In this document: positions 56,245-64,000 of the stretch, in pieces
Layout of the letters: every line of letters starts with the position of its first letter
Numbering within the stretch: position 1 is the stretch's first letter
Source: Macrostomum lignano
Lineage: Eukaryota
Direction: 5' to 3'
NCBI GenBank assembly: GCA_002269645.1
Contig: NIVC01002460.1
Coordinates: forward strand, 1-64,000
Length of the DNA stretch: 64,000 nt
The notes under the pieces: model-generated
The model's database searches: none
Told to the model about the DNA's origin: nothing
Seen by the model: the letters and a program-made list of their open reading frames with translations, nothing else
Made by a program: the position numbers and the translations under genes

Positions 56245-57102
56245 ATGACATCTAAATTGGCCCCGATATTCAGCAGCAGCAGCAATAAAAGCGAAGAAAA
56301 CAAAGAGAATTCCGCACTAGCGGCCAATCCGCGAACAAAGCGCCGAGTCACCCTGACAGCCAAAGAATTTCAAGAGCTCAAAGCCGTTGCTGAGCAGCCA
56401 AAAACAAGCGATCCTAAGCAGCAGCAAAAACTGATGAAGCCGAAGCAGCAAAGACTGCGCTCGTCTTCCCTACTGAGCGGTATCGACCCCGCCAACATCA
56501 TTGTCACTGAGCAGCAGCAGCAGCAGCAGCGCCAGTGTTCGGCCGTCGCCAGCGGCGGTCGGACGCCTTCACCAACGTCGCCAGCCGAGTCGCAGATCCA
56601 ACGAGCCAACGCTGTCAGCGCCGAGCTTGATCGAATATTCGATAAATCGGCCGCACCGAGTCTCAGGCGCAGTCTTCGACGCAAATCGTTTTCAATTAGT
56701 TTAGCTACTACTAGTAGTAGTGCTGCAAAGACTACTAATAGTAGTGATAAGTCTTTGGCTAAGCAACAGCAGCTATTGACAGCTTCCGATGTAGTTATAG
56801 ACGATAGCCTGGTGCAGCTGTACTGTCAGCAGGGTACTTACAAGCCTCCGCAGTCTAAAGGCCTCAGCACCATACCGGAAGTGGCTAACAGCGCCCGTCC
56901 GCTGCCGTCCACCACTCGGCGCAGATTTATTGACTTCGATTCGCCAGCTCGGCTGGGCATGAAAGATCGCAGCCGATGTAAAAAGGCGCAGAAACTCTCC
57001 GCCGGTTCTAAATTGAAAACCAACGCATTGAAGAAGAGTGAGCGGCAGATGGATATGGAAGAGTTTAAAGCCTATGTTGATGGACTGAACTTGATGGACT
57101 GA
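56245..57102 (+). CDS. 285-aa low-complexity basic protein with a possible C-terminal Tantalus/PRR14-like motif
   Basis: Uninterrupted ORF with aaaATG context. LYCQQGTYKPPQSKGLSTIPEV..RRRFIDF..RCKKAQKL resembles the Tantalus-like pattern (recognised from memory). Confidence 0.65.
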   Translation: MTSKLAPIFSSSSNKSEENKENSALAANPRTKRRVTLTAKEFQELKAVAEQPKTSDPKQQQKLMKPKQQRLRSSSLLSGIDPANIIVTEQQQQQQRQCSAVASGGRTPSPTSPAESQIQRANAVSAELDRIFDKSAAPSLRRSLRRKSFSISLATTSSSAAKTTNSSDKSLAKQQQLLTASDVVIDDSLVQLYCQQGTYKPPQSKGLSTIPEVANSARPLPSTTRRRFIDFDSPARLGMKDRSRCKKAQKLSAGSKLKTNALKKSERQMDMEEFKAYVDGLNLMD

Positions 57103-57121
57103 ATGAAAGTTTTTGTACTCA

Positions 57122-57460
57122 TACGAGGGCTGTCCCAAAAGTACAGTGTTACTTTTTATTATATCCCTCGTTCTAAAATGACTGCGCTAAACACACGAGG
57201 CGATGAAAGCTGCGCATGAATCTGGGCTGTACTTCGCCCCGTCCTCTAAAGGATTTAAATCACACTTGTCTGAGCTACACTTGAATGCACATCCATGATT
57301 TTTGGTGCAGCAAAAGGAAGGAACAAAAAGGCAATGAAGCTGAAGCCTAGTGGGAAATATTCTTCTACTGCTTTAAAAGTTTTTGACTCTCCAATTTTTT
57401 CCATAGAAGTCTCTCTGTCACAGCAGTCTAGCAAAGAAGACTTTTGGGACAGCCGTCGTA
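57122..57460. mobile_element. Mariner-type MITE just downstream of the ORF stop
   Basis: 21-bp TIRs tacga(g/c)ggctgtcccaaaagt with terminal TA dinucleotides. Confidence 0.88.
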
Positions 57461-58187
57461 GTTTTTCTTACTGACTGAAGGAATATTCTGTACTCAGATT
57501 TTAGATTTGTAAGCCTTCTTTACTTTTTTGTCTTTATGACATCGTGCTTCATATTGTAGCTCTATTTAGTTTCTATAAATTACGAGCGTAGTTATTCCAA
57601 TATCCTGTCTGGTGACTAGTATGTATTTTTTTATTGTTGTGTCTTCTATTATACAAAAAATTAGTAAAGCTTGATTGGATTTTTTAACTCATTGAATTGC
57701 CTCAGTAGCCTTGGTAACCCGGATAAAAATCTACTACTATTTGCATTTCAACTGCCAGTATGCCAATAATAAAAAACCTGCGTGAAAACGAATTTCTAAC
57801 TGGATTTTTTATCATTTAAGCAAGCCTTCTAATCTTCCATCCGGTGCATTCATTCACTATTGTCTGGCATTTGCTTTTTTAATTTCCATTTTCCAATGCT
57901 ATATATCTCCTCACACCAATGTCTGTATTCCCAATGCATAGCTGACAAAAGCAATCAGCAGCTTTGATTAATTAGTATAAAAGTACAAATTCAGCGCATG
58001 AGATCGCTTGCCTACAGCAGCGAACTGCTTCTTCTTATTTGTTTTCAAATTGCCTTTTTTCAGTGTGTCCGATTCTTTGCGTTAAAGCTGTGTAGGTAAC
58101 GTCTGGGATCAGGAAGAGCAGCTTGCCGTAACAAGTCCTGGCTTCGATTCCGTGTGCCGCTACGTTAATTTTGGGCTGTGGAAACTA

Positions 58188-58192
58188 ACTAG

Positions 58193-58247
<55 letters not shown>

Positions 58248-58251
58248 GCTT

Positions 58252-58331
<80 letters not shown>

Positions 58332-58335
58332 GCTT

Positions 58336-58391
<56 letters not shown>

Positions 58392-58423
58392 GCTTACTAA
58401 CTAACTAACTAACTAACTAACTG

Positions 58424-58455
<32 letters not shown>

Positions 58456-58597
58456 GCTAACTAACTAACTAGCTAACTAACTAACTAACTAACTAACTAG
58501 CTAACTAAGTAACTAACTAACTAACTAACTAACTAATTAGCTAACTAGCTAACTAACTAGCTAACTAACTAACTAACTAACTTAACTAGCTAGCTAG

Positions 58598-58649
<52 letters not shown>

Positions 58650-58700
58650 TTAGCTGACTAACTGGCTATCTAAACAACGGACTACTTAACCAACTATGTA
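58188..58700. repeat. (CTAA)n microsatellite
   Basis: Directly visible. Confidence 0.97.
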
Positions 58701-59004
58701 ACTAAGTAACTACCTAGTTGGACTTAAACCGGGGTCTTGACAGTTACTGTGTCTCAATAGTATGATGATACTTTTTTTTACGACAGAGCCTCTTCTTTTA
58801 GTTGATAGCAGTTTTTATCACTTAATTTGTTACTTAGAGAACTTAGTTAATGAGAAGCCTTAATCGGAAAATTTCAGCTCTAAAACAAACAAGCCTATTT
58901 TTATACTCTACTATCTTCGCCAGCGAGACGCAGCTGAAGGTTTCTTATTCGGAGGTTTCTTATACGCAAATCAGCTGTCTTCACAACAGAATACAGAATA
59001 AAAC

Positions 59005-59529
59005 ATGTCTGGCGACAGCAGCGCAGCACCAATCCCGCCGGCTGTAATGTGGGCCCAGCGCAAGGACAAACTGTACGTCACCATCTGTCTGGAGGATGTG
59101 CAGAATAAAAAGCTGGAGCTCACCGACAAGCAGCTAATATTTAGCGGCGTCGGCGGTACAGACAGGAAGCCGCACGCTGTCACTATCGACTTTCACAAGG
59201 AGGTGAACCCTGACGACAGCAAGCAGCTGGTCACCGACAGGGAGATTGTCATGTGCATCAAGAAGAAAGAGTCCGGGCCTTATTGGCCTCGGCTGCTGTC
59301 CGATTCCACTAAGCGGCACTGGCTGAAAACCGACTTCAATCGCTGGCTGGACGAAGACGATTCAGATGACGACATGGCTGCCAGGGAGAACAACCTGGAG
59401 GAGATGATGGCCAGAATGGGCTCGGGATTCGGCGGAGGGGACGACGGACTGCCGTTGCCAGGCGACGATATAGGCGCGGACGAGCCGGATCAGGATAGCG
59501 ACGATGAGGACCTGCCGGATCTGGAGTGA
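59005..59529 (+). CDS. PTGES3: Hsp90 co-chaperone p23 (CS domain plus acidic tail), intronless
   Basis: PPAVMWAQRKDKLYVTICLED, KKKESGPYWPRLL, WLKTDFNRWLDEDDSD. Confidence 0.95.
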   Translation: MSGDSSAAPIPPAVMWAQRKDKLYVTICLEDVQNKKLELTDKQLIFSGVGGTDRKPHAVTIDFHKEVNPDDSKQLVTDREIVMCIKKKESGPYWPRLLSDSTKRHWLKTDFNRWLDEDDSDDDMAARENNLEEMMARMGSGFGGGDDGLPLPGDDIGADEPDQDSDDEDLPDLE

Positions 59530-60502
59530 TTCTCTCCAATAGAAGTCTTGGCGCCTGACAAAAGAGAGGAGAGATTGGGGGGGGAACTGAAATTCAGTTA
59601 AATATTAAAAGGTCTTAATGAGCAACAGATTGAAAGTGAACTTCTTATTTAATGGATCAACACTTGTTCATAAATAGTTGAACCCCTAATCTCTTTAACC
59701 GCGGGAATTGCTAACTCCTGGTGAATTTAACTGTGTTTTCATATTCCAACCAGCAGCATTGTTTGAACAAAAATACGTGTTTTAAATTGCTAAATGACCC
59801 ATTCATAGTGCTTTTTGTAAGCTTTTAAATTTCTCTTATAATAATATCAATAGAAATGACTTGCTCACCGCCTATACGACGCACCAGACCTTAACAGTGT
59901 TGGCCTTTTCCTGCGTTTTGAATGTTTATAACCGACAACTTAATGTTTTGCTGCGGCAATTTAGTTAGAAAATAATAACTCTACATTTATTTGGTTAGCT
60001 GCCATGGTCTCCAACTCTCCTTATGTCAGGCGTCTCCAGTGCTGTCTCTAATTACTTCTTTAGAATACGTTTTTTGTACCATTTTTCTGTTTCATTTTCT
60101 CACAGTGTCCATCTTAAAGTTGAGCAGGTCCAGAAAAAGATCAGTTTGTTCTAGGTTAAACGGAATTCCATGTGTTAAACTTGAGCGCTAGTGTAAGTTC
60201 CGCCTGATGCCTCTCCGTTTAAGTTATATTTACCTTCTATATTGTCAGTACGGATGAATCACCTTCATAATAATATTCACCTTGACTACAATGCTAACAT
60301 CTAGTGTCATGTATACTCCAGCATAAGATTATTTAGTGAATATCCAGCCACATTGGTTTACATTAAGCCATAGTTTAAAATGGGAGTTTAAAAAAAGAAA
60401 AAACTGAAAGCTTTGATTTCCTTGCTGTTGGATAAAGATTCTCTTCGTTGTTTATTAATTTGTTTTTTTGTTTAAATCGTAGCTTTAACTGTAGTCAGCA
60501 AA

Positions 60503-61911
60503 TCAGAGCTCTTGCTCATCCCAGGGCCATCCCGTCCGCTTGGATATTTGAGCACCAACTGCTGCTGGTTGAAACTTCTTTGGCTGCAATGCCGCATACC
60601 GCCAATTGTCAGTCTGCATCTCCGGCAAAGGTTGCTGCTTTTGAAGCTCACCAGCTCTAGCCGTGTTGTCTTGTTTGCCTGATGCTAATCTTGGCTGCCA
60701 ATGATTTACACCGTCGAGTTTCTGGTCCTTGCTAGCTGATGCTTGAATTCCAGCTGGTAGTTGGTCAGGTGTTGCTTGTCGCTGATACAGAGGTGACTGT
60801 ACTGGTTCTGGCTGACTCCAGTGATGCAACCTGTGGATGCAGTGGTTTGGGTGTCTTGTTTACTCTTGAAATGGCTCATCATTCCTTCTTTGCATCTAAC
60901 TTTCACTTTAACCATTTTTCACGCAAATGATGTTAAAAAATTAAATATTAACGACCTTGCTGCATTCTTGCGTCTTTAAAACATCCTGTATGTGGATATT
61001 ACAAACGTATAGTGAGGAAATCGTTTGAAAAGATAGTAACTTTGAGTTCCTACTTTAAACACGTTTGAATTTTAAAGCTGTGGAAGCGACTGTTTGGCAT
61101 CAAGCAAATAAATAAAGCAATGATCTTCCTATGTAGGAGTCCCTCGTTCCAACCTTGATTATAAAACTTCTGCATAGAAATACAATCTTATATACAAAGC
61201 CTGCCAGCATACTTTGATGATGACTCCTGTTGCAATTTGAGTTGTTCAAGTTGCTCGCCCAGACGACGAACGCTGTCCTCCATACGTTTGAGACTTCTCG
61301 ATACTGCGCGCTCTTTTGTTCTCCAGCTTTCGTCATCAGTTAGTTGATCTAAGTTGACGCGCTGAGTAGAGTGGTCGATTGGCACAAGTGACACCGTAGC
61401 CCGGTGATGTTGCGTCTGATACTGGTAGCCATTTCCTTCGTACGTGTAGCCTCCGCCTGTTTGAGCTAGCCTCTTGAGTCGATTGGCTAGATTGATCTGA
61501 GCACAGCAACGACAGCCAGAGCTGCTCATAGTGTAGCTTGTCTTTTGATGTCGCTTCTGCTGCTTATTCTTCTGCGGCTGAAGATATTCGGATATCAGTT
61601 TGTTAACTCGATCGTTTTCCATTACTGCTGAATTGGATCTGTGGCTATGCTCCGGTGTCAGGCGTTCCGTAGTACTGATTGGCTGAAAGATAGGGGTCAT
61701 GCATCGTACATAGTTGCGCACAAGTCGTAGCATGATTTCCAAATATTCTTACCTTTGTTAATTCGCCCTTGTTTTCACTTGTATCGGTAACGATTTGGCT
61801 TATACTATCTAGCCTTTCGATCGTCTCTTCCAAGCTTTTGGCTTTATCTATCGCTCGTCGCTCCGACTCCTTTAAGCCTATTTCAAACTTGACTGTCTTT
61901 TGCATGTCCAT
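60503..61911 (-). CDS. Uncharacterised spliced gene with coiled-coil segments; exons 61911-61753 and 61682-approx. 61213, downstream exons uncertain
   Basis: aaaATG start (MDMQKTVKFE), a 70-nt GT-AG intron in phase 0 and a long open second exon. A further ORF lies at 60829-60503. Confidence 0.5.
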
Positions 61912-62268
61912 TTTTAACTGGAAAGAGATTGCTATCGAAGATAAGGTCGATTGCTCTATTAAAAGTTTGCTCCAAGCAGTTTTTGTCACGGCTAACTAGA
62001 GCGCGTTCGTCTCTGCTTTGCTGCTTTGCAAAACTGCTTTGCTGCTTTGCACAACTGCTTTGCTGCTTTGCAAAACTGCTTTGCTGCGTTCGTTGCCTTG
62101 TCACTTCTTGCTGTTTATAGCTGTACTGGAAAGTGTCCTTTGTACTTTTCCTTCCTCTGAGCCATTCATCCATCCAGTTCCATGCTTTACAGGGAACAAC
62201 CAAAGTGCAGTGCAGTACTTCCATCGCTGCACGTGTTTGTATTGACTAACTTTTTAACACGGAAATTG

Positions 62269-62276
62269 ACTTCCGG
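62269..62276. promoter_or_regulatory. ETS-type motif ACTTCCGG in a candidate bidirectional promoter
   Basis: Lies between the divergent starts at 61911 (-) and 62660 (+). Confidence 0.35.
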
Positions 62277-62659
62277 TTTTACTCTTCTAGAAAGGCTTGT
62301 CTATATCCCCATATGTACCTTCTCTGCACATGCATTTAGCCCATATTTGCTCTTATTGTGCAAACTAGAAATATGGGTAACTAGCTTGAAAACTAGCACG
62401 ACTTGCAGAGTCAGGTTCGTGTTTATTGTTGGAAGTAAATAGGACTGCGATTCTGGGTATTTTGTTTAAAATGTTTGCACTAGGTTTAGCATTTTCCACT
62501 CACCCATTTTCCCCATAGTAGCTACGCAGTTTACTTGTGTCTAGACAAAACTTTTCGTCATTTTCACATGAATTCATGCTATAAATTCTTTGAGGCCTAC
62601 TGTGAGTAGCCAGGTTTAGAAATAAAACAAGTTTTTATACAAAATAAAATCAATAAAAC

Positions 62660-63127
62660 ATGTCGCAGCCAAGTTCAGCGGTCATTGTGGAAGGCGAGGC
62701 GCCAGAATCGGACGATGAAGAGCAGCAGCTGACTGACTCGCCATCCTCCGATGTCAGTTCAAAGAAATCGACTGCTCCAACTGTTGCAAAAGACGCCGTA
62801 GCAACAGAGCACGGGGCGCAGTCTCGGCTGCAGCAGCAGCAGCAAAAGACTAGCCAGCAGGAGCAGCAGCGTCGCTACGCTAGCAGCGCGTTGCACGCCA
62901 GATTTTTTCAAGACGCCGGCAAACTGCAATCCGCGCTGGTTGCTAGGCGAGCGTCAACCTACGAGGCGGCTACTAAAGAGCTGCGCGGAGTTGCTAGCCA
63001 ATTAGCTAAGACGCACGCGTGCATTCAGGACGCCTCGCATGCACTGCGGCTGACTACTAATGATCTATACAAGCTTGACGACCGGCTGCAAGCCCTGACT
63101 AAGACTGACTGGCTGGCTGGCTTGTGA
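62660..63127 (+). CDS. BLOC1S3: BLOC-1 complex subunit 3-like, intronless
   Basis: N-terminal IVEGEAPESDDEE and C-terminal ASHALRLTTNDLYKLDDRL match the BLOC1S3 pattern. Confidence 0.75.
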   Translation: MSQPSSAVIVEGEAPESDDEEQQLTDSPSSDVSSKKSTAPTVAKDAVATEHGAQSRLQQQQQKTSQQEQQRRYASSALHARFFQDAGKLQSALVARRASTYEAATKELRGVASQLAKTHACIQDASHALRLTTNDLYKLDDRLQALTKTDWLAGL

Positions 63128-63469
63128 ACGGCTATATTAAACTGATAGTTTTCACAATTTGCTACAAATTACTGGCAAAACTTTCACTAACTCACTCGTT
63201 AGATCATACATTGTTCAGTCGGTTTTTTAGTGCTTTCCAATACTATATGTGTACTATATGTAAACTTTATGGTTTTTGATAGATTGTCTGTCTCGTTAAA
63301 GTATATGATTATTTTTTGTATATAATTCAACCTATTTATGATTTTCAATATTTAAAAACTGAAATTAGAAAGTGTTCGATTTGATTTTAAGAAAATTTCA
63401 GGTGGATCCTATAATTCATGGAGGCTATATTTAATCCCAGCAATAATTAGACTGAGGAATAGATCAGCA

Positions 63470-64000
63470 ACCCAACAACAGACTAGGGGATAGAGCGACT
63501 CCCTAGCAATAGACTGAGGGATAGAGAGGCCCCCTCTACAACAGACTGAGGGATAGAGAGGCCCCCTCTACAACAGACTGGGGGTAGAGAGGCCCCTCTA
63601 CAACAGACTGGGGGTAGAGAGGCCTCTCTACAACTGACTGGGGGGGTAGAGAGGCCCCTCTACAACAGGCTGGGGGGTAGAGAGGCCCCTCTACAACAGA
63701 CTGGGGGGTAGAGAGGCCCCTCTACAACAGACTGGGGGGTAGAGAGGCCCCTCTACAACAGACTGGGGGGTAGAGAGGCCCCTCAACAACAGGCTAGGGG
63801 TAGAGAGGCCCCTCTACAACAGACTGGGGGGTAGAGAGGCCCCTCAACAACAGGCTAGGGGTAGAGAGGCCCCCTCTAGAACAGACTGTGGGATAGAGAG
63901 GCCCCCTCTAGACCAGACTGGGGATAGAGAGGCCCCCTCTATAATGGATAGAGAGGCCCCCTCTATAATGGATAGAGAGGCCCCCTCTACAACAGACTGG
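63470..64000. repeat. ~30-bp tandem repeat (ggggtagagaggcccctctacaacagactg)
   Basis: About 17 copies, each containing the inverted repeat tagagaggcccctcta. It continues past the window end. Confidence 0.93.

Noticed and set aside
58188-58700. Telomere-like interstitial array
   Set aside because: The unit is TTAG, not TTAGGG or TTAGG; treated as an ordinary microsatellite.
63470-64000. CRISPR-like palindromic ~30-bp repeats (also the 72-bp and 20-bp arrays)
   Set aside because: Head-to-tail with no unique spacers, no cas genes, and a eukaryotic context.

Overview
This is eukaryotic (animal) genomic DNA, with spliced genes, GC-rich exons and abundant satellites and transposons. The composition is reminiscent of the flatworm Macrostomum, but that is inference only. 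From left to right the window holds: a frameshifted DIRS/Ngaro-type tyrosine-recombinase retrotransposon in an intron of a DEG/ENaC channel gene; two tandem DEG/ENaC paralogs (one partial, one complete with 7 exons); an intronless PRDM9-like gene (PR/SET domain with all three catalytic tyrosines, plus a minisatellite-like zinc-finger array); two strongly CpG-depleted blocks full of nested, decayed DNA transposons; the 5' part of a MYCBP-associated-protein-like gene; a 5-exon HECTD2-like E3 ligase with a different satellite in each intron; and a compact cluster of small genes (Tantalus-like, p23, an unknown gene, BLOC1S3-like). The strongest leads are the PRDM9-like gene, whose repeated fingers vary almost exclusively at DNA-contact residues, apparent gene conversion of the pore exon between the ENaC paralogs, and direct evidence of CpG deamination from inverted-repeat arms. 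All alignments and counts were done by eye, and no database searches were run.
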